This document shows, in pieces, positions 1 through 11,679 of a stretch of DNA of 64,000 nt; position 1 is the first letter of the stretch; every line of letters begins with the position of its first letter. A model generated the notes under the pieces. It had not been told where the DNA came from and did not search any database. It saw only the letters and a list, made by a program, of their open reading frames with translations. The position numbers were made by a program, and so were the translations under genes. Source of the DNA: Octopus vulgaris (lineage: Eukaryota); contig OX597835.1 in the NCBI GenBank assembly GCA_951406725.2, positions 21,762,001 to 21,826,000 on the forward strand, given 5' to 3'.

Positions 1-201
1 GAGTGAGCTGGCAGAATCATTAGCACACCGGGTGAAATGCTTAGCAGTATTTCGTTTGCTACTACATTCTGAGTTCAATTTCCGCTAGGGTTGACTTTGC
101 CTTTCATCCCTTTGGGGACGATAAATTAAGTACCAGTGAAACACTTGGGTCGATGTACTTGACTAATCTCCACCCCAAAATTTGTGCCTATAGCAGAAAG
201 G

Positions 202-240
<39 letters not shown>

Positions 241-1010
241 GAGGCGGTGAGAAGGCAGCGAGCTGGCAGAATCGTTAGTGCACCTGTTAAAATGCTTAGT
301 GGAAATTTCGTCTGCTACTACGTTCTGAGTCCAAATTCCACCAGGGTTGATTAACCCCTTACCCGGCAGAAACGAATATATGCGTTTTGACCGAAATCGT
401 TTTTTTCTATCTCTGGCGAGTTAACTCGTCAAAAGATGAACTCGCCAAAATCGACAGCAAACGGAAAATAAGATAACCAAATAAAATAACATGATTTTTT
501 GTAAAAGTAATATGATTTATGAAAAAAACGGGTTAACTCGTTTCTGCCCAAAGCGGTAATTTAAAATCAATATTATTGAATTAAAATTCATAATAAATAA
601 GGTTTGAAATATACCTCGAAATCACCATTCAAAACATAGTAAAATAAAACAATTAAAAAATATGTCTGAAAAAATACATTTATTTTCAAAATAATTGTTG
701 GGTAAGGGGTTAAGTAAGTACCAGTTATGCACTAGGGTCAATGTAATCGACTTAATCCCCTCCCCCAAGCTGCCCTTATGGCAAGAATTTGAAATCATTT
801 TCAAGGTGTTAAGCTGGCAGAATTGTTAGTATGCTGTGCGAAATTTTTAGCGGTGTTTTATGTTTTAACATTCTGAGTTCAAATTCTGCCAAGGTCAACT
901 TTGCCTTTCATCTTTTAGGGGGTTGGTAAAATAAATACCAGTGATACACTAAGGTTGATGTACTTGACTAGACTCCCCCTTTCCCTAAAATTTTACAAGT
1001 TGCGCCTGAA
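1..1010 (+). mobile_element. Cluster of 3-4 head-to-tail tRNA-derived SINEs (family A, Nin-domain-like core)
   Basis: Repeated GAGCTGGCAGAA..TTAG (A-box-like), GAGTTCAAATTCCGCC (B-box-like) and CTTTGCCTTTCATCC..GATAAATTAAGTACCAG core, with an (ATT)n tail. The same sequence occurs dozens of times in the window. Confidence 0.85.
351..713. mobile_element. TTAA-flanked piggyBac-like MITE nested in a SINE
   Basis: TTAA-CCCCTTACCC ... GGGTAAGGGG-TTAA termini. A second, internally deleted copy lies at 8964-9173. Confidence 0.8.
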
Positions 1011-1304
1011 TTAATTGAAGAGATAAATACCATAAATTTGAAAATTACTATTTGTATCCCCCCCCTGTCATGCGGGAAAACGGGGTTCAATTCCCCACCG
1101 GGGAGGCATCGTAATTTTATGGCGTTAGGAAGGGCATCCAGCTGTAGAAACACTGCCAGATCTGACTGGCCTGGTGCAGCCTTCAGGCTTGCCAGACCCC
1201 AGTTGAACCGTCCAACCCATGCTAGCATGGAAAGCGGACGTTAAACGATGATGATGATGATGATGAAATCCCACAATGTGAAATATTCAGCAACAGTACT
1301 TTGG

Positions 1305-1663
1305 AGTCCTGGTTTAGGATAATTGTTGCTGTAATTTAGCCCCAGGAGACATGGTCTTCAGCTGGCTATACGACACAATCTATTTCCTTATAAATCAATC
1401 TATAGACCAGTGACTAGTTGTCACTTTGAAAACTACATATTTCGAACGGGAATTTGGCAGTGTCATCTCTAGCCGAACAATTATTCTATGCTGATGAAGG
1501 GAAATAACCCGGAAATCGCGATACACAGATATTGTTTTGAGCTGAGTTGGGGTGCTAGATTCCCTTGTTCGAAAATATAAGGACACAGATCATGTCGTAT
1601 AGCCAGCTGGGGACGATTTCTCTTGGGGCTAAATTACAGCAACATTCGTCCTAAACCAGGACT
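1305..1663. mobile_element. Fold-back MITE (near-fully palindromic)
   Basis: AGTCCTGGTTTAGGA..TGTTGCTGTAATTTAGCCCC..CAGCTGGCTATACGACA is mirrored at 1590-1663. There is also an inner inverted segment (ATATTTCGAAC / GTTCGAAAATAT). Confidence 0.75.
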
Positions 1664-1852
1664 GCTATGTTATGTTGGCAAAAACCTTTACTCCAAGATA
1701 AATACCAGTTGAGTACTGGAGTCGATGTAAACCAAATTTCAGGCCTTGTGCCTATAGTAGAAAGGATTATTTAACATATTTACCTCTACTGGTGAAAAAG
1801 TCCACCAACCATTTTGTTTTACAGTGTTACTGGCCATTATAAGATAGCAAGT

Positions 1853-2230
1853 CATCATCATCGTTTAACGTCCATTCTCCATGCTAGCATGGGTTGGACG
1901 GTTCGACCGGGGATCTGGGAAGCCAGAAGGCTGCACCAGGCTCCAGTCTTATCTGGCAGTGTTTCTACAGCTGGATGCCCTTCCTAACGCTAACCACTCT
2001 GTGAATGTAGTGGGTGCTTTTTATGTGCCACCTGCACAGGTGCCAGGCGAGGCTGGCAACGGCCACGGTCAGATTGGTGTATTTTATGTGCCACCGGCAC
2101 GGAAGCCAGTCGAGGCGGTGCTGGCATCGGCCACGAGTCGGATAGTGCTTTTTATGTACCACCAGACCAGGGATCCTGGCTGGTTCAATTCGATTTCGAT
2201 TTCGCTTGCCCCAACATGTCTTCGCAAACC
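1853..2230 (-). mobile_element. SINE family C (Meta-domain-like, (GAT)n tail, internal ~60-bp repeats)
   Basis: Reverse strand carries GGCGTTAGGAAGGGCATCCAGCTGTAGAAAC and ends GGACGTTAAACGATGATGAT. Near-identical copies at 3138-3485 and 45488-45840. Others near 1120, 3490-4009, 13135, 14132, 20907, 24248, 31528 and 44409. Confidence 0.85.
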
Positions 2231-2560
2231 GCATCTTTTCTGGGTTTTTTTTAAATGTGGGTTTAATATCTACCAGGGTTAACTTTACTCTTCATCCTTT
2301 CATTCAGCCTCTTTCTTCCGCTCATTTCATTGTGCTAAATTGTTGAGGACATTGTTTCCGCTCTCCATTTTTTTCTTTCCTTATCCTTTCCTGTCAAGAG
2401 TGTAAGCTCAAAATGTCAAAAACTTTGCCTTTCTTCCTGAGCATCAGACTACTATACCGTGCTTGTTGTGCCCTCTCCTGTTCTTCTCTTTTGTTTCCTG
2501 TACATCTGAACCATGTATATCAAACCTGTCCTCCCACCTCGGGATCTTTCTTTCTCCTAT

Positions 2561-2595
2561 GTTTCCGACGAAGAGCTCCGCTCGAAACGTCATAC
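2561..2595 (+). ncRNA. Minimal hammerhead-ribozyme-like motif (U4C core) in a (TA)n-anchored element
   Basis: GTTT-CCGACGA-A-GAGC(TCC)GCTC-GAAA-C-GTC-ATAC. Sister copies at 12974-13008, 49584-49618 and 59182-59216 (-). Stem I is imperfect in this copy. Confidence 0.55.
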
Positions 2596-4054
2596 CCTCC
2601 TTCTTCCCTTCTTTCCTGAGCGCCCAATAATACTTTATTTGTTCCACATCCTCGCGTTGTTGTCTTTTTGTTTTCTTGTTTGGATTAACATTATATATAT
2701 ATATATAATGTTATATCATCATCATTGTCTAACGTCTGCTTTCCATGCTAGCATGGGTTGGGCGATTTGGCTCAAGACTGGCCACCCAGAAGGCTGCACC
2801 AGGCTCCAATCTGGTCTGGCAAGGTCTCTACAGCTGGATGCCCTTCCTAGCACCAACCACTCCGAGAGTGTAGTGGGTACTTTTTACATGCCACCGGCAT
2901 GAGGGCCAGTCAGGAGGCATTGGTATCGACCACTTTCAGATGGTGCTTTTCATGTGCCACCAGCACGGCAGCCATTCAGGCAGCACTGGCATTGACCACT
3001 TTCAGATGTTGCTTTTTACGTGTCCCTGGCACCAGTCAGAGGGAACAGGCATCAAACACATTCAGATGGTGCTTTTCATGTGTCACCAGCACGGGGGCTA
3101 GCTGGGGCACGGGCATCGACCACGTTTGCGATATTTATCATCATCATCATCATCATCATCGTTTAATGTCCGTTCTCCATGCTAGCATGGGTTGGACGGT
3201 TCAACCGGGGATCTGGGAAGCCAGAAGGCTGCACCAGGCTCCAGTCTTATCTGGCAGTGTTTCTACAGCTGGATGCCCTTCCTAACGCCAACCACTCCGT
3301 GAGTGTAGTGGGTGCTTTTTACGTGCCACCTGCACAGGTGCCAGGCGAGGCTGGCAACGGCCATGGTCGGATTGGTGTATTTTATGTGCCACCGGCACGG
3401 AAGCCAGACGAGGCGGTGCTGGCATCGGCCACGAGTCGGATAGTGCTTTTTACGTACCACCAGACCAGGGATACTGGCTGGTTCAAACCCATGGCCTCAG
3501 TCCACTTATGCATACCTTTCCTTCTTGGGACACAAAACTCTACTTGTGAAGACCTGTTGAGGCAAGTGAAAATCAAAATCAAAATCGATCAACATCAATG
3601 GAAATTGTAGCTGTGATACCAGTGCCGGTGGCACATAAGAGAACCATCCGAACGTGGTTGTTGCCAGTACCGCCCCGACTGGCTTCCATGCCGGTGGCAC
3701 GTAAAAAGCACCATCCGCTCGTGGCCGTTTGCCAGCCTCGCCTGGCCTCCGTGCCGGTGGCACGTAAAAAGCACCATCCGATCGTGGCTGTCTGCCAGCC
3801 CCGTCTGGCACCTGTGCCGGTGGCACATAAAATACACCCACTACACTCATGGAGTGGTTGGCGTTAGGAAGGGCATCCAGCTGTAGAAATAGTGCCAGAT
3901 CAGACTGGGCCTGGTGCAGCCTTCTGGCTTCCCAGACCCCAGTTGCACCGTCCAACCCATGCCAGCATGGAAAGTGGACACTAAACAACGACGATGATGA
4001 TGATGATGATATTTATTTATTTATTCATTATTTTTAATATTTGTTTCCTTTCAG

Positions 4055-4267
4055 ATCAACTGTTCAAAACTCATGTGTACCTCCAGTGCAGCCCCGTCGA
4101 CCAACTGAGTGTGATCAAGTCACGAGAAGCTAACCAATCCCTCTCACTGTTACTGCAGTCTGTCTGTGCATGCCCAGGGGGCTGCACCACACCTCACAGT
4201 TCCTTCAGTCCTGGATCCTACATAGTCATCGTGTTCTTCTCAATTTTATTCATATACCTTTCTTTAG
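4055..4267 (+). CDS. Penultimate coding exon of a CD-M6PR/Atg27-like type-I membrane protein (end of MRH-like domain plus TM helix)
   Basis: ttcctttcag acceptor and G|gtaag donor; 213 nt, phase 1 to phase 1. Encodes ..HVYLQCSP..LLLQSVCACPGGC..SPGSYIVIVFFSILFIYLSLG (L-x-S-x-x-A-C motif followed by a hydrophobic TM segment). Upstream exons were not identified and probably lie left of the window. Confidence 0.85.
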
Positions 4268-4433
4268 GTAAGCAGCCTCTCATTGCTAATATTAGTAGGG
4301 ACTACTATACATACATAAATACATACACACACACACACATACATAAATATATCTGTATATACATACATATATCTATCTATATATATATATTATATATATA
4401 TATACACACATATATAGTATCTTTCTATCTATG

Positions 4434-4477
<44 letters not shown>

Positions 4478-4490
4478 TGAGTGTTAAAAA

Positions 4491-4666
4491 TTTTTCATAC
4501 AATGACATAGTTTTTGAAGAAAGACCGGTTTCGCGTTCAGCTTTTCAAATTTCTTACATCGTTATGATTTCGTTGAGAAGTGTAAAGAAGAGTAACGATG
4601 TAAGAAATTTGAAAAGCTGAACGCGAAACCGGTCTTTCTTCAAAAACTATGTCATTGTATGAAAAA
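4491..4666. repeat. Perfect 74-bp inverted repeat with 28-nt spacer; each arm carries a hammerhead-like motif
   Basis: 4491-4564 is the exact reverse complement of 4593-4666. Flanked by (TA)n on both sides. The + arm reads AAGAAA-T-TTGAAAA-GC(TGAAC)GC-GAAA-CCG-GTC-TTTCTT (4602-4640). Confidence 0.9.
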
Positions 4667-4758
4667 AATTTCTAACATTCTTCTGACATAATGACTCAAA
4701 TATATATTTTTTAACCTTTTAAAACAAGCCTTCTGTAGTTTTTTCACTTTTTACTATT

Positions 4759-4802
<44 letters not shown>

Positions 4803-5217
4803 CATCCAGCTGTAGAAACTTTGTGTAGAATCTTTGCCAGATCAGATTATATATACGATAGGCTTCTTTCAGTTTCCATCTACCAAATCCACCATCGCTT
4901 GATAATCAATGCTGGTGTGTTTATGTCCCCATAACTTAACAGTTTGACAGAAGAGACCAAAAGAATAAGTACTAGGGTTACAACGAATAAATCCTGGGGT
5001 TGATTTCTTCAACTAAAGCCCTTTAAGGTGGTGCTCCAGCATGGCCACAGTCACATGACTGAAGCAAGAAAAAGAATAAAAGAATATATATAATTGGTGC
5101 AGGCATGACTGTGTGGTAAGAAGCTTGGCTCCCAACTACATGGATCCAGGTTCTAGCCTCAAACCACCCAAAGCCTTCCGAGTGGATTTGGTAGACAGAA
5201 ACTGAAAGAAGCCCGTC

Positions 5218-5270
<53 letters not shown>

Positions 5271-5353
5271 CATACAGTTCTATATTTAAGAGATGAGGAA
5301 TTATGTACATTATTTACATTTGATGGATATTTATCCTCATCTTGTTTGTTGTT

Positions 5354-5399
5354 AACCCAACATTTCGGCTGATATACCCTCCAGCCTTCATCAGGTGTC
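5354..5399 (-). ncRNA. Minimal type-I hammerhead motif (left arm)
   Basis: Reverse strand: GACAC-CTGATGA-A-GGCTG(GAGGGTATAT)CAGCC-GAAA-TGTT-GGGTT. Stem II is perfect; stems I and III carry substitutions. Confidence 0.65.
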
Positions 5400-5435
5400 T
5401 TGGGGAAATTTTGAATCTGGGTTCTCATTTTTTGA

Positions 5436-5479
<44 letters not shown>

Positions 5480-5714
5480 TCACTACCTGGAATCAAACTC
5501 AGAATCTTGGGGTTAATAGACCGTGCTCTTAACCACTACTCCATATGCCCAAAGGCATATGGCATAGTAGTTAAGAGCACGGGCTACTAACCCCAAGACT
5601 CCAAGTTCAATTCCAGGTAGTGACCTGAATAATAATAATAATAATAATAATTGATGATAATAATAATATCAAAAAATACCTTAGGAATGAGAACCTGGTA
5701 CGAAATTTCCCCAA

Positions 5715-5760
5715 GACACCTGATGAAGCCCAGAGGGTATATCAGCCGAAACGTTGTGTT
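5715..5760 (+). ncRNA. Minimal type-I hammerhead motif (right arm)
   Basis: GACAC-CTGATGA-A-GCCCA(GAGGGTATAT)CAGCC-GAAA-C-GTT-GTGTT. Stem I (GACAC/GUGUU) and the palindromic ACGU stem III are intact; stem II is mutated. Confidence 0.65.
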
Positions 5761-6222
5761 AACAACAAACAAGATGAGGATAAATATCCATCAAATGTAA
5801 ACAATGTATATATATAAACACACATGTATATATATGTGTATATTTGTGTGTCTGTATTTGTACCCCACCACCATCGTTTGACAACCAATGTTGGTGTGTT
5901 TGCATCCCCATAACTTACAGTTTACCAAAAGAGACCCATAGAATAAGTACAGGCTTACAAAGAATAAGTCCTGGGGTCAGTTTGTTTGACTAAAGGCAGT
6001 GCTCCAGCATGGCCGCAGTCAAATGACTGAAACAAGTAAAAGAATATATGCACACACACACACATGCAGGTTAGTTTTGTGTGTATATGTGTAAGAGAAT
6101 AATTGTGGGTATATATTTTCTCAATGAACATATATTAACCTACTATTTTCTGAACTGTATGTTTTGAATCCCTATTTTTTTTTGTCTTTCATCTTTTTTT
6201 TTTTTTGTTCTTCTATCTTCAG

Positions 6223-6386
6223 GAATTCTCTATAAAAGAATTGTCTACTCAGCAGAAGGAACGGAACTGGTACCAAACCGGGAAGGATGGGCTTCCTTTT
6301 TCACTCTAGTCAAAGACGGTTACTTGTTTTTCATCAGCCCCTGCCTTGGTAACACCATTGACTATCGATATTACCAGCGACTCTGA
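6223..6386 (+). CDS. Terminal coding exon of the CD-M6PR/Atg27-like protein (cytoplasmic tail)
   Basis: Long polypyrimidine tract plus cag acceptor; in frame with the previous exon (G|GA). Encodes GILYKRIVYSAEGTELVPNREGWASFFTLVKDGYLFFISPCLGNTIDYRYYQRL*, matching the CD-MPR tail pattern LY.R....A.G.E..P....W.....LV.DG..F. Confidence 0.88.
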
Positions 6387-6701
6387 AGAACACCAGTCAG
6401 TTTCTCTCACCCACAAATATATATATGTATATATATATATATATGTTTGTGTGAGTGTGTGTATGTATATATACATGCTAATATCAAACAGTCAGAATGA
6501 GTGTTCGACACTGCATTGGTGGATGAATATTCATTTGTGGGTTAACAAAGCTAGAGATGGGTTCATGTGAAGTGGTATTCCCATCCAAAAACTGAGACAA
6601 GTAGCAACACTTTCATGTGACATACTTGAACAATTGTGAAGACCTCTCTGCATGAAACCATTGGTAGTCTTGCAAACACACAAATAAAAGAAAACTATGA
6701 A

Positions 6702-6743
<42 letters not shown>

Positions 6744-7442
6744 GCATATATACATATATATACACACACACACGTGTATTTTGGTATTGTTCTGTTTGTT
6801 ATTGTCTGATATGTATCCTTTTATATATTTTTGTTTGTTGTTACTTGCTGTTATTCTTTAACTTGCTTGATATTTCTGTTAATCTATGCATATGTCTGTG
6901 TGTATAAATATCTGTATGTATATATGTTGTTGACATCAGAAGAATTTATAAACCTTCAAGAGAACACGAAATAATTCAGATTTGAAACAGTGACAATGGC
7001 ATGAAAATGTTGGGTTGCAAGGTCAAAGGCCACTATAATCTTTAGCTTTACGTGCTTTGAGACCCACTGTTCCTAAAAAAGAATATATATTTATGTATAT
7101 CTGCAGATGTTTGTATGGAAGGAGTGATGTCTCACTTTCAAAAATCTAGTCTTAGTTCAGCTTTTGTTGCTCTTAGTCTTTCATATAATTCCAAAAACAA
7201 AACTGAACGAATCCCGTACACGTATTTTAAATCTTATATGTCACATTATAGTAGTTTGTGACTAGGAAGTAGTGTGGGGGGTAGGGAAAGGATGGGAATG
7301 TGTGCCACGGTGCTGGACCATATCATTGAACATCATGGCACAATGCATTCATTAAAACCATGTATACGTGGCACAAAAAATATTTGATACAGCTTGGTTA
7401 CACAGATCAAATTTATTGTTAGTTTCAGATTGTGTTGTAATA

Positions 7443-7760
7443 TGCCAGCTACAGCTTGTGTTACACTGTGCTAGTTACAGCTTGTGACATACAGTGTTAG
7501 TTATAGCTCATGTCACACTGTGCTAGTTACAGCTCACAATACACTGTGCTAGTTACAGCTTGTGTCACACTGTGCCACTTACAGCTTTTTACAGTATATT
7601 TTAGTATTAAAATCTCTAAATATTCCTGTATACTCCTTATTAAAGCCTCTTTCACAGTACAGTATTAACTATATTACAGCCTGTCACAGTACAATGTAAG
7701 CTATTAAAACCTCTGTCACAGTACAGTATAAATTATTAAAGCCTCTGTCGCAGTACAAAT
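7443..7760. repeat. Degenerate minisatellite (~28-33 bp units)
   Basis: Recurring GTCACACTGTGCTAGTTACAGCT and CTGTCACAGTACAGTA units. Confidence 0.65.
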
Positions 7761-8031
7761 TATGCAGTTTAGATTTATTGTAAAATTGTGCTGATAGAAG
7801 TGTGTGTTGATGTAATTAAAGTTTTTGCCTCTGTATAGATTATATTTTGTGTCACACCATACTGCAAGAAATACAACAGGCCATGTCACACCATATCGCA
7901 AGATATGTATATGCGTTTCACACTATACGTCGCAAAACATAGGGCATGTCGCCTCACATATATGACATAAAATATAGTTTGTATTAGAGTCTGCACATAA
8001 TATAGGCTGTGTCACAACACACATTCTAGAC

Positions 8032-8289
8032 CAGTGGTTCCTAAAGTGGGTGGTACCGCCCCACCCCCCACCCGGTGGCAGTGGGGGGTGATAATGGGGT
8101 GGGCAAAAGGTGGCAATGGATGTAAAAACGCTAAGAGAATGAGTTAATTAGGGTAAAGTTTTTTCTGTGAAATGCAGTTGTTTTGAATTTGATGAAAAAA
8201 GCAGCCTTTTTTTTTTATGGTGGGGAGGGCACTAGGAATGTGGTGTGGGTGCCAAGGGGTAGCAGCCTGAAAATGTTCAGGAATTATTG
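8032..8289. mobile_element. Degenerate hAT-like MITE
   Basis: CAGTGGTTCCTAAAGTGGG..CCGCCCC 5' end and a decayed ..TTCAGGAATTATTG 3' end. Related fragment on the - strand near 30305-30401. Confidence 0.5.
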
Positions 8290-8963
8290 TTTTAGCCCAA
8301 GTCAGGTAATAATATGTAGTAGATTATGAGGTGGCGAGCTGGCAGAAACGTTAGCATACCAGGCGAAATGCTTAGCAGTATTCCGTCTGTCGTTACATTG
8401 TGAGTTCAAATTCCGCCGAGGTCAACTTCACCTTTCACCTTTTCGGGGTGAATAAGTTAAGTACCAGTTGCGTACTAGGGTTGATCTAATCGACTGGCCC
8501 CGTCCCCCAAAATTTTGGGCCTTGTGCCTAGAGTAGAAAAGAATTCATAGATTATAAGGTATACAATGCCATCCAGCCATTAACCAGTTATGCTTGTGTC
8601 ATTGCGGGACCAAGCAAAAATTTCTTCTTCATTAAAGTGTTGGTGTGATGGATAAAGTTGGGCTCAGCAATGATGATGGGTCCATCTTTCAACAATATGT
8701 TGTGGACCATCTCCAAAAATTTTCACATGGGTGAGATAAAAGACAGGCTGTGACATTCAATCCATAACCCACGATGCTGTTATTTACCCCCTGCTCCCAT
8801 CCCACCAATAAACTATTATTTCTTATTGGTTAGGTTGTTGTTTTTTTTTGTTATGTTTTCTAATGGAAGGTCACACAAGAAAACAAAAATCTGTATATGG
8901 GGTGGGTTTTATGTGGTCACAGGACCTGCTGGCTAAAGCAACCAAGTTATTTTAAATCATGTC

Positions 8964-9173
8964 TTAACCCCTTACCCGGCAGAAATGAATATATGCGTTT
9001 TGACCGAAATCGTTTTTTTCTGTCTCTGGCAAGTTAACTCGTCAAAAGATAGACTCGCCAAAATCGACAGCAAACGAGTTCCTTCATCTATTATAAAAAA
9101 TATGTCATATAGAAAATATGTCTGAAAAAATAAATACATTTATTTTCAAAATAATTGTTGGGTAAGGGGTTAA
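8964..9173. mobile_element. Second copy of the TTAA-flanked piggyBac-like MITE
   Basis: Same termini and near-identical first ~100 bp as 351-713. Confidence 0.8.
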
Positions 9174-10946
9174 TCTTAAAAAGTAAAAGTCACATTGGAC
9201 AATTTAATCCAAGATATACCTAGAATGAAAAAAAACATATCTAGGACTCCATTATATAACAGGCCCTTTCCTGTTGTTTGTGGAGGTGTGTGGCTTAGAG
9301 GTTAGGGTGTTGGATTCAGGATTGTAAGATTGTGGTTTCAATTCTTGGACCGGGTGACGCATTGTGATCTTGAGCAAAATACTTCATTTCACATTGCTTC
9401 AGTCCACTCAGCTGGAAAAAAATGAGTTAATCTTGCAAGGGACTGGTGTCCCAGATAGGGAATTTATCCACCAGGAAAATCAGGGAAACTGACCCTTATG
9501 AGCCGAGAAGGGAACTTTACCGTCCTTGTTGTTTAACCCTAGGTTAGATCTAATCCAACAGAATTATGATCAAAAGTGTTCCAGTTAAGACTAGCTTGTC
9601 TTATATCTAGACATTGTATACCTCAGACTAGCAGATGTATTCCTTTGTGTGTGCCAACCCAAAGGCTGTGGCCACACTGGAGCAATGCCATTTAAAAATA
9701 AAAATTGACACTCGGAATTAAACCAGAGACCTTTGTATGATCAAAGTTGTTCCAAGTGTGACCATCCTGCCTTTTATTCAACCATAGTATATCTAGGACT
9801 ACATTGTCTTAATGTATCCTTCATTTTTAAGACAAACAGTAAGATATGATGTGAGGGTTATTTGGCTGTTATTTCTAGCAGATCTAAAGAATAAGTAGTA
9901 AACTCTACTTGTCTCCTTGCAGAAGTTGATGCAAAGTACCAGTAATTTCCTGAGGTCAAAGTAAAGTCAATTTAATCAACCATTCCTGCCACTCTTTCTT
10001 CTAAATTATGAGGGAATTCAATACTTTTAGTTGAACATATTTTCCCTTTTCATTTAAAATTTTTTTTTTGTTTTTCATTTATTTTATATTTTGGCCTATT
10101 GTCAACACCCCTCCCCCCCCCTTATTTATTTTATAATTTTTTAAAAATATTTTCCCTTAAAAAACTTTTGCAATTTTTCTTCGTATTTTGTCCCTGCCTT
10201 CTGATATTTATTTAATTTTATAATTTTTTTAAAAAAATATATTTTTGATTTTTATTTATTTTTTTTAACGTCATATATTTGTCTCTTCTTTATTAATAAT
10301 TTGAAGGCGGCAAGCTGGTGGAAGCATTAACACACCAGGAAGAATGCTTCATCAGTCTTTATGTTCTAAATTCAAATTCCACCATGGTCAACTTTGTCTG
10401 TCGTCCTTTTGGAGTCAATAGAATAAGTACTAGTGATACACTGGGGTCAGCGTAATTGATTTATCCTCTCCACAGAAGTTGCTGGCCTTGTGCCAAAATT
10501 TGAAACCATTATTATTATCATTATTGTTAAAGCAGTGAGCTGACAGAATTGGGCAAAATGCTTAGCTGTATTTTGTCCATCCTTACATTCTGAGTTCAAA
10601 TTCTGCCACGGTCAACTTTGCCTTTCATCCTTTCAGGGTCAATAAAATAAATACCAGCTGAACACTGGGGTCAATGTAATCAACTTTTCCCATTCTCCCA
10701 AGATTGCTGGCCTTGTGCTAAAATATGAAACCAATGTTTATTTTTAATTTTACCTAATTCTTTATTAACAACACGTTGACAAGCTTTGGGCTACATTAAT
10801 AAAGACTATTTTACATGCCAATACTTCTATATACATATTCTATATGGAAAACAACTTGTTTGATTTTATAGTTTTAAAAATATTTTTCGATTTTTTAAAA
10901 TTTTATTTGTATCACTTATTTTTGTTTATCCATTTTTAATATTTAA

Positions 10947-11175
10947 TTAACCCTTTTGTTACCGTATTTATTTTGAGATGCTCTGTGTTTCTTTCAATTA
11001 CTTTAAATATAACAAAGAATTTAGTAAAATAACTTAGTTATCATTAAACTGGTGTTAGGAACATAAATTGTGACTAAGGTTTGGTGGAAGATTTTAATTC
11101 AAAACTTATGAAAACAAGATATTTGTACTACAGAGCCAGAGGCGGTTCTAGCCATGTTGGTATCAGAAGGGTTAA
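10947..11175. mobile_element. TTAA-flanked piggyBac-like MITE (different family)
   Basis: TTAA-CCCTTTTGTTACC ... GGTATCAGAAGGG-TTAA. Confidence 0.75.
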
Positions 11176-11679
11176 CAACATATCTCCAAGCTTTGGGCTA
11201 CATTAATAAAGACTATTTTTCGTGTCAATGCTCCTATATTTATATTCCAAATGGAAAAAAAGACTTGTTTAATTTTATATTTTTGAAAATATATTTTGAT
11301 TTTTATTATTTATTTGTATCACGTATTTTTGTTTATCCTTTTTAATATTTATTTAATCTTAATCTTTCATAAGTCTTTAATGAGGATGCCTCTCAAAGCT
11401 TTGAGTTCCATCATTAACCTTTTAAGCACGTAAGCCAATTACATGTCTCAAATATTTTACCTTTTTTTTTTTACATTCATATCAGTGAGATTCGGCCTCT
11501 CACACCTACCCTACAATGTCACTCTAAAAACAAACAATTGCATCATTGAAACCTTGAAACTAAGAGATAACAGGCAGAGATGTGGATGTGTGGTAAGAAG
11601 TTTGCTTTCCAGCCACATGGTTCCAGGTTCAATACTACTGTGTGCCACCTTAGACAAGTTCTTTTTCCCATAACCCCAG

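Larger units (their letters stand above)
5272..5810. mobile_element. Palindromic element; each arm = tRNA-like head + (AAT)n + hammerhead motif; embedded in (TA)n
   Basis: Arms ~5304-5549 and 5554-5810 are diverged reverse complements around a CAAA loop. tRNA-like head at 5554-5625 (TGGCATAGTAG A-box-like, GTTCAATTCC B-box-like). Confidence 0.8.

Noticed and set aside
1881-2282. Recurrent 'MLAWVGRF..LQLDALPNANHS' ORFs that look like a gene family (also 3179, 24298, 31585, 45200)
   Set aside because: They are translations of the family C SINE reverse strand. Frames and stops vary between copies.
3994-4476. 160-aa ORF as listed in the track
   Set aside because: Only 4055-4267 is a spliced exon. 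The ends are intronic (GAT)n and (TA)n.
5554-5625. tRNA gene
   Set aside because: The acceptor and T stems pair poorly, there is no oligo-T terminator, and it is part of a repeated palindromic element. Treated as a tRNA-derived head.
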